Assembly: GCA_051117555.1 (NCBI GenBank)
Contig: JBNPEG010000170.1
Span: 1 to 33,993 of the forward strand
From: Elainellaceae cyanobacterium
GTDB taxonomy: Bacteria > Cyanobacteriota > Cyanobacteriia > CAZCXK01
DNA: 33,993 nucleotides
Direction: 5' to 3'
Below the pieces are notes generated by a model that was not told the origin of the DNA, did no database searches, and saw nothing but the letters and a program-made list of their open reading frames with translations. A program made the position numbers and the translations under genes. Below are positions 11,908 to 20,491 of the stretch, one piece after another. Position 1 is the first letter of the stretch; each line of letters begins with the position of its first letter.

Positions 11908-12191
11908 GGGTCAAATAAGTTCTCTTAAGAGTCAAATGAGTTCTCTTAAGAGTCACATGAGTTCTCTCAAGGGTCAAATAAGTTCTCTCAAGGGTCAAAT
12001 AAGTTCTCTCAAGGGTCACATGAGTTCTCTCAAGGGTCAAATAAGTTCTCTCAAGGGTCAAATAAGTTCTCTCAAGGGTCACATGAGTTCTCTCAAGGGT
12101 CACATGAGTTCTCTCAAGGGTCACATGAGTTCTCTCAAGGGTCAAATAAGTTCTCTCAAGGGTCACATGAGTTCTCTCAAGGGTCACATGA
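11908..12191. repeat. 21-bp tandem array, 13.5 units, two main alleles
   Basis: A=GGGTCAAATAAGTTCTCTCAA, B=GGGTCACATGAGTTCTCTCAA; order A', hybrid, B', A, A, B, A, A, B, B, B, A, B, partial B. No spacers. Confidence 0.97.
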
Positions 12192-12262
12192 ATTATGCTA
12201 TTGATCTATCTTTTGCCACTTTAAAAAAAGCCGAAACGAGGAAAATTCGTTTAGCACTACTC

Positions 12263-12304
12263 AGATAAATTGATGAAAACCGGAGATAAATTGATGAAAA
12301 CCGG
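12263..12304. repeat. Perfect 21-bp tandem dimer
   Basis: AGATAAATTGATGAAAACCGG x2. Confidence 0.9.
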
Positions 12305-12330
12305 GGGCGACTGGCACTTTCTTTGATTGT

Positions 12331-12377
12331 CTGCCTTTGCTACGCAACGCTTCGCGAACTGCCTTCTGCCTTCTGCT
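12331..12377. repeat. CTGCCTT heptamer repeat interrupted by a 21-nt insertion
   Basis: CTGCCTT [TGCTACGCAACGCTTCGCGAA] CTGCCTT CTGCCTT CTGCT. Confidence 0.65.
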
Positions 12378-12540
12378 CAAAAAGGGGGTATTGCGGTGCT
12401 CTCCAACTGGATACTGATCAGAATTCTTCCTGAAGACTGTTTTTGAGGAGAGTTTAGAAGGATTGAACCCTTCAATTGTTAAGATCTATGTATTATTGCG
12501 CCAAATGCGTGCACTTGTAGATCAACTATGCGACGAGCTT

Positions 12541-13107
12541 ATGACTACTCCTCTTGCTACTCCCGAACCCTTTGAAACGCTGACGAATCAACTCTCTTCG
12601 TCCGATCAATCATCGCTTCGTCAGGGCAAGCCTGTTGTCCATGTCTCCGGGGATCAGTTTGTTGGGCACATCGTAGCGATGGCAAAACCAGAGGTTGTTT
12701 GGGATGTTTTGACGGATTATGAGAATTTTTCAGAATTTTTGCCGACCGTCGTGTCTAGTCAAATATTAAAGGCAGAGGGCGATCGCAAAGTTGTGGAGCA
12801 GGTGGATTCGCGCAACGTGCTGCTGACAGACATTGAGTCACGTGTCCGGACCGAAAACATCGAAGATGCCCAAACGCACATTGATTTTAATCTACTGGAG
12901 GGCGACCTCAAGAATCTCGAAGGGCGCTGGCACGTGCATCCAATTGCAGATGATTCAGATTCCCCCAAAACTCTAATTGTGCAAACTGTGACTGCTGAAG
13001 CGGGTGCAGGACTGTTTGAAGGGGCATTTCATTCGATCTTTAAAGATAGTTTGAAAGGAAATCTTAACGGCATCAAGCAGGAAGCCGAACAGCGATCGCC
13101 CGACTAG
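12541..13107 (+). CDS. SRPBCC/polyketide cyclase (START-like) family protein
   Basis: PEVVWDVLTDYENFSEFLP, I.F.LLEGDLK.LEGRW. ATG 12541 preferred to TTG 12463. Confidence 0.85.
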   Translation: MTTPLATPEPFETLTNQLSSSDQSSLRQGKPVVHVSGDQFVGHIVAMAKPEVVWDVLTDYENFSEFLPTVVSSQILKAEGDRKVVEQVDSRNVLLTDIESRVRTENIEDAQTHIDFNLLEGDLKNLEGRWHVHPIADDSDSPKTLIVQTVTAEAGAGLFEGAFHSIFKDSLKGNLNGIKQEAEQRSPD

Positions 13108-13114
13108 GGGGTGT

Positions 13115-14119
13115 TTGTTGGAAACGACATCTGTACAATCAAGCGTGTCCTTCACTCTTCGTGAATCTGCTGTGCTGGGTTTTGCCATCGTTTTGCTTGC
13201 GTCTACGTTTTTTTGTTTTCAGAATGTCATCGTCAGAGTTCTTTTTAACGAGTACACCATCCTAGGCATTGTGCAAACGGGTGGGTTTGTGGTTCCATCC
13301 TTACAAAACTCGTTCCTTTTAATGTTTATGAGGATGGTAGTGGTGGTGCCTTTGATGGCGATCGTGGCGTCTAGCCTGTACCCACCGACTTGGAGCGACT
13401 TGCAAAAGCTCAGGAGGCCAGAACATCGTACCCTGCTGGTGCAGTCTATTGGGTGCGGTCTTCTTATGTTCCTGTATTTAGCGCTGCTCTATCTATCCAT
13501 TGGGTTAATTCCAACAGGCATCGCGTTGACGCTATTTTTTACCTATCCAGCGTTCACGACCCTGTTTTCATGGCAGTGGTTTGGCGATCGCCCAACGCTA
13601 CTTCGATGGGGCATTATGGCGGCGGTCTTTTTGGGCAGTGTGTTGACCCTGCCATATGTCACATCTGCGTCTGCCGAGAATAGTGGGATAGGCTATGCAA
13701 CGGGTATTGCATCCGGCATCGCGTATGCAGTATATACGGTCATTGCTCAAAAAAGTTTTGAAACACTCAATCCAGTTCCGTTTACGTGGATTAGCTTTGC
13801 AACTACATTCCTTCTATCAGGTGTTAGCCTTTTAATTTGGACGATCGACGTTACCGATCTAGCCTGGAATGCCCTGTGGATTGGTGGGCTCCTATCCGCC
13901 ATTGTGACTCTCGCCGGGCATCTCATCTACAACTTTGGAATTCGTCTCATCGGTGCTGCAAAAGCGTCTATGATTGGGGCTACCAATCCAGCGTTAACGG
14001 TGGCGCTTGCTTGGCTAACAATCCAAGAAACGCTCAGTGGGGTGCAGATTGCAGGAGTCGTCATTGTCACGCTGAGCGTAGCGTTGCTGAGTCAAGAAAA
14101 ACGGTTATCTAAGGCATGA
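13115..14119 (+). CDS. DMT/EamA family permease
   Basis: About 10 hydrophobic segments, IPTGIALTLFFTYP and PALTV.LAW..I.E.L...QI.G motifs. Confidence 0.9.
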   Translation: MLETTSVQSSVSFTLRESAVLGFAIVLLASTFFCFQNVIVRVLFNEYTILGIVQTGGFVVPSLQNSFLLMFMRMVVVVPLMAIVASSLYPPTWSDLQKLRRPEHRTLLVQSIGCGLLMFLYLALLYLSIGLIPTGIALTLFFTYPAFTTLFSWQWFGDRPTLLRWGIMAAVFLGSVLTLPYVTSASAENSGIGYATGIASGIAYAVYTVIAQKSFETLNPVPFTWISFATTFLLSGVSLLIWTIDVTDLAWNALWIGGLLSAIVTLAGHLIYNFGIRLIGAAKASMIGATNPALTVALAWLTIQETLSGVQIAGVVIVTLSVALLSQEKRLSKA

Positions 14120-14244
14120 TGGCACGGGGGCGATCGCCTGATCTTCACAAACATGCCAAGTTCAATAAATTATTATCTTGCGTCCTCCCAGCAAGGCGCG
14201 ACTCAGCTTACAGTGCGACATAGTCAAACACTTCATGATCTCGA

Positions 14245-14493
14245 ATGAAACGTTTAATTGATTCAATCAAATTCGTCGCGCTGCTGGGTCTAGGCGCTGC
14301 TGGTTTTGCGATATATTCATTTGCCGCAGATGCTCAGTCAGATTGTGATTCGAGCTATCCCACCGTCTGCATTCCGTCTCCACCTCCTGATCTTGACTGT
14401 GGTGAAATTTCACATCGACGTTTTGAAGTCAGACAACCCGATCCTCACCGATTTGATGGCGACAAAGACGGCATTGGATGCGAAGTTTTGTAG
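14245..14493 (+). CDS. Small secreted protein with Excalibur-like Ca2+-binding domain
   Basis: Signal peptide ending ADA|Q; CD.SYP.VCIP.PPPDLDC...DPHRFDGDKDGIGCE (DxDxDG loop). Confidence 0.8.
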   Translation: MKRLIDSIKFVALLGLGAAGFAIYSFAADAQSDCDSSYPTVCIPSPPPDLDCGEISHRRFEVRQPDPHRFDGDKDGIGCEVL

Positions 14494-14569
14494 GATAGGC
14501 AAAGAGCTTGCTCGTGCCTATCACACACCCATTTAATTTGACGGGCACTCGCTGTTTTGCCCATCCCAC
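14490..14569. repeat. GTAG-type REP doublet (REPIN-like)
   Basis: GTAGGATAGGCAAAGAGCTTGCTCGTGCCTATC (14490-14522) and inverted GACGGGCACTCGCTGTTTTGCCCATCCCAC (14540-14569). Confidence 0.7.
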
Positions 14570-14806
14570 TAGCGTTACGCAAAAGCGTTTCTAGATTAAT
14601 TAGGGACGTTTGGGGTGTGTAAGAGGATGTTCTAAAAGGGGCTGGTAACTAAGATCATTAGATCATTCCCAACGGGTACGACAGCTTTCGATACAGGCGC
14701 TAAAGTTTTTGAAAAAATTCTCGATCGCCTGCAATAGGAAGAGTGGAGACAGCACGAAAGACAATTGAGAGAATTTGAAACTATCTCAGATTCGAGCCTT
14801 CGTGAG

Positions 14807-14901
14807 TATAGCAATGTGCAATTGCGTCAAGGACAGAAACGGTGGTGTAGGGCCCGCCGCGTCCCACACCACCGTACTTAACCCAAGCGCGTACCGCTAT
14901 A
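14807..14901. mobile_element. TATAGC-ended composite mini-element, copy A
   Basis: TATAGCAATGTGCAATTGCGTCAAGGAC - AGAAACGGTGGTGT...ACACCACC - GTACTTAACCCAAGCGCGTACCGCTATA; related copies at 23334 and 32122. Confidence 0.75.
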
Positions 14902-14942
14902 GTTTGTAACCCATAGAGTTATTAGAACCAGCAACTGACATC

Positions 14943-15707
14943 ATGAAAACTTGGAACCAGTGGATCACTCCAGTTCGATTATTGGCGCTTGGAGCTTTAG
15001 TGATTGGATTGGGTGTGGCAATTAACCTGATAACGCCTCAGCTTGCCATCTCAACGCCCCAAATTCAGTCAGACACCCTTTACAGCTACAAACAGCCAAG
15101 CCGAGATGGAATTGGCAAGGTGTATATGGGGCGAGAAATCTCAGATGTGATGGGGCATCGCGGCGCGTTTTGGCTAGAGCGTCCAGGTCGAGAACAGGAC
15201 GAACAGCCTCAAAAAATCGTTGACGCGCTCCCGCTGCACTCAGATGACAGTGTTGTCGATTTAGGGGCGGGCACCGGATATATGACCTTCCGCCTCGCGC
15301 CACTAGTTCCAGACGGACGGGTGTTAGCTGTGGATATTCAGCCCGAGATGCTCGATATTGTCGAGTTTCTCATTCAGGAAAACGAGGTCTCTAATGTTGA
15401 AACGATTCAAGCTGAGGTCGATGATCCACATCTGCCCAACGGCGTTGACTGGGTGGTGATGGTAGATGCCTACCACGAATTTGAATATCCCCATGAGGTC
15501 ATGACCGCAGTTGTCGATGCGCTCAATTCAGGTGGCAATGTAGTCCTAGCAGAATATCGAGGTGAGAATCCATTCATTCCTATCAAACGGCTTCACAAAA
15601 TGACCCAGCAGCAAGTTCGTCGTGAGATGAATGCAGTGGGTTTAGAGTGGGTCAAAACGGAGGAGATATTACCGCGTCAACATTTGATGGTCTTTGAGAA
15701 ACCCTAA
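14943..15707 (+). CDS. Class I SAM-dependent methyltransferase with N-terminal signal/TM segment
   Basis: Motif I VVDLGAGTGY, VLAVDIQ, VDAYHEF; hydrophobic N-terminus. Confidence 0.9.
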   Translation: MKTWNQWITPVRLLALGALVIGLGVAINLITPQLAISTPQIQSDTLYSYKQPSRDGIGKVYMGREISDVMGHRGAFWLERPGREQDEQPQKIVDALPLHSDDSVVDLGAGTGYMTFRLAPLVPDGRVLAVDIQPEMLDIVEFLIQENEVSNVETIQAEVDDPHLPNGVDWVVMVDAYHEFEYPHEVMTAVVDALNSGGNVVLAEYRGENPFIPIKRLHKMTQQQVRREMNAVGLEWVKTEEILPRQHLMVFEKP

Positions 15708-16648
15708 TGAGTCGCAGAGGCATTCAAAATCTCATCATCGATTGAGAAATCAATCTCAGCCTGGTCACGCTTCGACAGAAGATAGTCATTTTGGAATGAA
15801 TCTTTGAGCCCTGAAATCAAGTCATAGTGAGGGTGCCAATCTAGATCGTGTAGTGCTTTATGAATGTCGGCAAAGAAATGCTGCATCCTCAGCGGAAATG
15901 CCTTGCGCTTCCCAAAATCAAACTGTTTAGGATCGTAATGCACCAGCTTTAAATTATCAGGAGACTTTCCTGCCGCGATCGCACAGGCTTTTGCCAATCC
16001 ATCAAAGGTCACATACCGATCGCCCGAAATATTATAAATTTGCCCCACTGCGTCCGCATTACCTAAAACCGACGCCATTGCAGCCGCCAAATCTTGAACA
16101 TGCCCAAGCTGAGTGATGTGCATCCCATTGCCTGGAATGGGAATGGGGCGATCGCGCACGATCCGATCAAAAAACCACGCTTCCAAGTCGTTGTAGTTTT
16201 GAGGGCCATAAATATAAACTGGACGCACCGACGTAAACAGCAGCCCCGCATCTGTTAAATACTGCTCCGTTTCAAACTTGCCGCGATGTCGGCTCTTGGG
16301 GTCAACAGCATCCCCTTCCATGTGAGGCATTTGATCTGATTTGAGATAGACTCCCGCAGAGCTGACATAGACAAAATGCTGCACCTGTCCCTTGAACAAA
16401 TCGGCGAGGGGCTGAGTGTCGCTGAGCGCACGTCCATTGTTATCGAAGACCGCATCAAATAATTCGCCAGAGAGCTTATCTCTAAGTTGTTTGGCATCGG
16501 TGCGATCGCCATGAATCTCCTGTACTCCCTCAACAGGAGCCGGATGGTTGCCTCGATTGAACAGCACAACCTGATGCCCCTGTTCAACCAAGAGCTTCGT
16601 GAGATAAACTCCGATGAAACGAGTTCCACCCATTATTAAAATCCGCAT
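15704..16648 (-). CDS. NAD-dependent epimerase-fold protein, CSP41b (chloroplast stem-loop binding protein) homologue
   Basis: ILIMGGTRFIG, YVSSAGVYLKSD..PH.EGD.VDPKSRH.GK, RPVYIYGP.NYN..E.WFF, FDFGKRKAFP.R.QHFFA. Confidence 0.88.
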   Translation of the reverse strand: MRILIMGGTRFIGVYLTKLLVEQGHQVVLFNRGNHPAPVEGVQEIHGDRTDAKQLRDKLSGELFDAVFDNNGRALSDTQPLADLFKGQVQHFVYVSSAGVYLKSDQMPHMEGDAVDPKSRHRGKFETEQYLTDAGLLFTSVRPVYIYGPQNYNDLEAWFFDRIVRDRPIPIPGNGMHITQLGHVQDLAAAMASVLGNADAVGQIYNISGDRYVTFDGLAKACAIAAGKSPDNLKLVHYDPKQFDFGKRKAFPLRMQHFFADIHKALHDLDWHPHYDLISGLKDSFQNDYLLSKRDQAEIDFSIDDEILNASATH

Positions 16649-16894
16649 GGTATTCCCCTCATTGCAAATGTCGAAGGTGTTTACTGCCTAATTCAATTGA
16701 ATTCAATTAAATTTAGTCCTATAAAACCTCTTAGACCTCTTCAAGAATAAGAAAAAATAGACATGTCGTATACCAAGTCCCCATTTGCAGGCATCCTACT
16801 AGAAGATGGTTAGAGCTGACATGGAGGCAATTTAGCTCACTCGCTGTAGCTAATGTTCTAGCAAGTAATCAGGTCAGGTAGTAAAGTAGACGGA

Positions 16895-18418
16895 ATGAGT
16901 TTTGTCGGATGCATGATTGAGGTCGCTGACTTGGTAACTCCCATTTCATTAGAAATGTTTTCTACGCCATTTTCTCGAATCCCTTTCCTCTTCGCTTCTG
17001 CGTCTGCCGCTGAAGAGGGCACCATGATTTTATCGGGGGTTTTGCTGAGCTTGGTTGTCATTTATTTTGCGGCTAAGCTTTTTGGCGAACTCTGCGCTCG
17101 CATTAATTTGCCTCCTGTTTTAGGCGAATTAGTCGGCGGCGTCGTGGTTGGCGTGTCTGCACTTCGGTTAATTGTCTTTCCGGAAGGAGCAGCAGATGCC
17201 ACTGATTCACTCATTATGAGTTTTTTACAAACCACGGCGGGGCTGAGTCCAGAAACCGTCAAGAGTGTGTTTGAGGCCGAAAGCGAGGTTGTTTCTGTTC
17301 TCTCCGAAATTGGGGTTATTATTCTCCTATTTGAAATTGGCTTAGAATCTGACCTCAAAGAGCTGATTCGAGTCGGTCCTCAGGCGGCTGTGGTCGCAAT
17401 TGTTGGAGTGGTCGCGCCATTTGCAGCCGGTACTGCTGGGCTAATTGCTTTATTCGGAGTGCCCACGATTCCAGCTATTTTTGCCGGTGCCGCGCTCACC
17501 GCAACGAGTATCGGCATCACTGCTAAGGTTCTTGCTGAGCTTCAGCGACTGAGTTCTAAGGAAGGGCAAATTATTATTGGTGCAGCCGTTTTAGACGACG
17601 TGCTTGGCATTATTGTCTTAGCAGTGGTCGCAAGTTTGGCAAAAACGGGAGAAATTGAGATTTTTAATGTCCTCTATCTAATTGGAGGGGCTGCCGCATT
17701 TTTGATTGGGTCAATCTTTTTGGGACGGTTGTTGAGTCCCTACTTTGTTGCCCTAGTCGAACGAATGAAAACGAGAGGACAGTTGATTCTCTCCTCACTG
17801 ATTTTTGCGTTTACGTTGTCCTATATTGCAGCGGCAATCCAACTAGAGGCAATTTTAGGAGCCTTCGCTGCGGGTTTGATTCTTGCTGAAACCGATAAGC
17901 GCAAAGAGCTTGAAGAGCAGGTTATCCCCATTTCTGATATCCTTGTCCCCGTTTTCTTTGTGACGGTCGGTGCTGCGACAGACCTTAGTGTATTAAACCC
18001 TACCGATCCGAATAATAGGGAAGGGTTGATCATGGCGGCGTTTATGATTGCGATCGCCATCCTTGGTAAAGTGATCGCTGGTTTTACAGTCTTTGGTCAG
18101 GGGCAAATCAATCGGCTGGCGATCGGCATTGGCATGGTGCCTCGTGGAGAAGTGGGTTTAGTCTTTGCGGGTGTGGGATCGGCAAGTGGTGCGCTATCGA
18201 AGCCGTTAGAAGCTGCCATCATTGTGATGGTTATTTTTACTACTTTTTTGGCACCTCCATTTTTGCGAATTGTCTTCCAAGAAGAGCCCGAACCCCTTGC
18301 GGCAGGAGGCGGCAACTCGCCAACGCCTGCTCTTGAAGTCAATAATGGGAAACCATTCACTCAAGATTCGACCTCGACAGAATTAGAAGGCGTCGAATCG
18401 ATGCAAGACCCGAAGTAA
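16895..18418 (+). CDS. CPA2 Na+/H+ antiporter (NhaS3-like)
   Basis: LPPVLGELVGG, LLFEIGLESDL, ATSIGITA, GAAVLDDVLG, GMVPRGEVGL. Start uncertain (16895, 16913 or 16955). Confidence 0.92.
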   Translation: MSFVGCMIEVADLVTPISLEMFSTPFSRIPFLFASASAAEEGTMILSGVLLSLVVIYFAAKLFGELCARINLPPVLGELVGGVVVGVSALRLIVFPEGAADATDSLIMSFLQTTAGLSPETVKSVFEAESEVVSVLSEIGVIILLFEIGLESDLKELIRVGPQAAVVAIVGVVAPFAAGTAGLIALFGVPTIPAIFAGAALTATSIGITAKVLAELQRLSSKEGQIIIGAAVLDDVLGIIVLAVVASLAKTGEIEIFNVLYLIGGAAAFLIGSIFLGRLLSPYFVALVERMKTRGQLILSSLIFAFTLSYIAAAIQLEAILGAFAAGLILAETDKRKELEEQVIPISDILVPVFFVTVGAATDLSVLNPTDPNNREGLIMAAFMIAIAILGKVIAGFTVFGQGQINRLAIGIGMVPRGEVGLVFAGVGSASGALSKPLEAAIIVMVIFTTFLAPPFLRIVFQEEPEPLAAGGGNSPTPALEVNNGKPFTQDSTSTELEGVESMQDPK

Positions 18419-18475
18419 ACACGCAGCGATCCCCAAACAAAGCCTGCTATCGCTAAAAAAATCAACGACTATTCA

Positions 18476-18522
18476 AAATCGGCATCTCTTAATTCTCGCT
18501 TGAGATTAAGAGATGCCGATTT
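18476..18522. terminator. 18-bp stem hairpin, probably a bidirectional terminator
   Basis: AAATCGGCATCTCTTAAT (18476-18493) / ATTAAGAGATGCCGATTT (18505-18522) between convergent ORFs. Confidence 0.75.
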
Positions 18523-18561
18523 GTGGGATGGTGAGCTATAAGATTAGAGCCATTAGTCAGA

Positions 18562-18666
18562 CTAAGCTCGGCGCGATCGCTGAACCAGCCTCAATACTAA
18601 ATACACTCCAAAAAGATAACTCGCAGCTAAGACAGGAATAATCAACGGGAGGCTATTGTAATTCAT
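18562..18666 (-). CDS. Putative 34-aa single-TM microprotein
   Basis: MNYNSLPLIIPVLAASYLFGVYLVLRLVQRSRRA: one TM helix plus basic tail; terminator hairpin 40 bp downstream. Confidence 0.5.
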   Translation of the reverse strand: MNYNSLPLIIPVLAASYLFGVYLVLRLVQRSRRA

Positions 18667-19408
18667 AGTGGCGTAGCTCGATAAGAAGACGGAACTGAAA
18701 TAATCAGTAGACTTAAAGCTAAGTTCTGGAAGACGTCGCCCACACGTTACGCAAATGCTGAGCAAAGCAAAGTAAACGTATACAAGAATGCGCCTAGCTA
18801 TACAAACCGCTAGAACAAACGTACGCTTTGATTTCAGCCAAACAGTACCCTTGACATCACCAAACAGTTCTACAGGAGTAGGTTTTGAAGTTTAGTCAAA
18901 CACGACCGACATCGAAGAAGCGATCGATAACGATGCCTAAGCTAATAACCTACTAAAAATCACACTGCTTGATATGCCGACTGGCAAACCAACAAAACTA
19001 AAATCACCCGAATTAGGCTAATGCCTACCGGACTTACTGAACCTTTAAATCCTTACACATAAGATTAACATACGATTCCTAAGATTTAGAGCCTCAAACA
19101 GCCTTTTTTTAAGGTATTTAACAGTCTAGTGAGTCAATGACGAAGGAAACCAATTTTTATTCTTGAGAATTATTTGTGTTTGGGTCTGCTGCACTCTTTA
19201 TCCAAGGTTTATCTAAGGTTCATCGAAGACAGAACGTACGCCCATGCCCCCTTAAATTCCTCACGGATTCACCATGAGCAATCTGAGTCTTTCCATCCTG
19301 TCATGCCTCTGATGTTCCCAATTCATCTGTCCTGAGAAATATTCCCTCAGGAATTCAATTGATTTCAACCATCCACATGTCGGGGGTTGACTTAGAATAA
19401 GGATAAAA

Positions 19409-19426
19409 TATGTAAAATTTCGTAAC
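19409..19426 (-). promoter_or_regulatory. HLR1 (RpaB-binding) direct repeat upstream of sds
   Basis: Minus strand GTTACGAA-AT-TTTACATA vs consensus (G/T)TTACA(T/A)(T/A)-N2-(G/T)TTACA(T/A)(T/A), one mismatch; TTGACT at 19387-19392. Confidence 0.6.
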
Positions 19427-19449
19427 TTGATGCCTGAGTTGGCTTATCC

Positions 19450-20421
19450 ATGACCTCAGTTACTTCTTTATTTTCGCCTGTTGAGGCAGATCTACATCTG
19501 CTAACAGAAACCCTCAAGCAGCTTGTCGGGGCGCGTCATCCGATTTTATATGCCGCGGCAGAGCATCTGTTTGGAGCCGGAGGCAAGCGTTTACGACCGG
19601 CTATCGTGTTGCTCATTTCCAGGGCGACCATGCCAGGGCAAGACATTACCGCCAAGCACCGGCGTTTGGCTGAAATTACCGAGATGATTCACACAGCGAG
19701 TCTTGTCCACGATGATGTGGTAGACGAAGCGGCCACTCGTCGAGGTGTGCCAACGGTTCACAGCAATTTTGGGAACCGGGTGGCTGTCTTAGCTGGAGAT
19801 TTTTTGTTTGCTCAATCATCCTGGTATTTAGCAAATTTAGACAACTTAGCGGTTGTCAAATTATTGTCGGAAGTCATTATGGATCTAGCTGAAGGTGAAA
19901 TTCAGCAAGGTCTAAATCGATTTGATGCAGACCTATCAATTGAAGCATATTTAGAAAAGAGTTATTACAAGACTGCATCGTTGATTGCAAATAGCTCTAA
20001 GGCGGCTGGGCTATTGAGTGGAGTTTCCACCGAAATGGCAGTCGATTTGTATAGATATGGTCGTCATATCGGTTTAGCATTTCAAGTTGTAGACGATATT
20101 TTAGACTTCACAGGGTCGGCAGAATCTCTCGGAAAACCAGCCGGTTCAGACTTGAGGAGCGGAAATCTAACGGCTCCTGTGTTATATGCCCTTGAAGAAA
20201 AACCCTATTTAGAAGCCTTGATCGAGCGAGAGTTTTCTCAACCCACTGACCTGGATGAGGCGATCGCCCTCATTCGAGGTAGCGAAGGCATTCAGCGCGC
20301 CCGCAATTTGGCCACCGAACACGCTCAACTTGCCGTAGAGCAGATCAAAGATTTGCCTCCATCAGAACCTCGTCAAGCCTTGATTGAGCTAGCCGATTAC
20401 GTCTTAAGACGACTTTATTAA
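19450..20421 (+). CDS. sds: Solanesyl diphosphate synthase
   Basis: GGKRLRP, EMIHTASLVHDDVVD (FARM), LAGDFL, YYKTASL, FQVVDDILD (SARM); MTSVTSLFSPVEADL N-terminus. Confidence 0.93.
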   Translation: MTSVTSLFSPVEADLHLLTETLKQLVGARHPILYAAAEHLFGAGGKRLRPAIVLLISRATMPGQDITAKHRRLAEITEMIHTASLVHDDVVDEAATRRGVPTVHSNFGNRVAVLAGDFLFAQSSWYLANLDNLAVVKLLSEVIMDLAEGEIQQGLNRFDADLSIEAYLEKSYYKTASLIANSSKAAGLLSGVSTEMAVDLYRYGRHIGLAFQVVDDILDFTGSAESLGKPAGSDLRSGNLTAPVLYALEEKPYLEALIEREFSQPTDLDEAIALIRGSEGIQRARNLATEHAQLAVEQIKDLPPSEPRQALIELADYVLRRLY

Positions 20422-20491
20422 ACTCCGTGTTTCCTGCACCTAGATGTGCTGATGTCTAGAGAGACACTCCAGCCTATCGTCTGGAAACAAT

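Noticed and set aside
11908..12191. CRISPR or TIGR-type guide array
   Set aside because: Units are contiguous with only two-allele variation and no unique spacers; no cas or Nop-domain gene in the window.
19163..19174. Fur-box-like TTGAGAATTATT
   Set aside because: Only about half of a 19-bp box, in AT-rich DNA.
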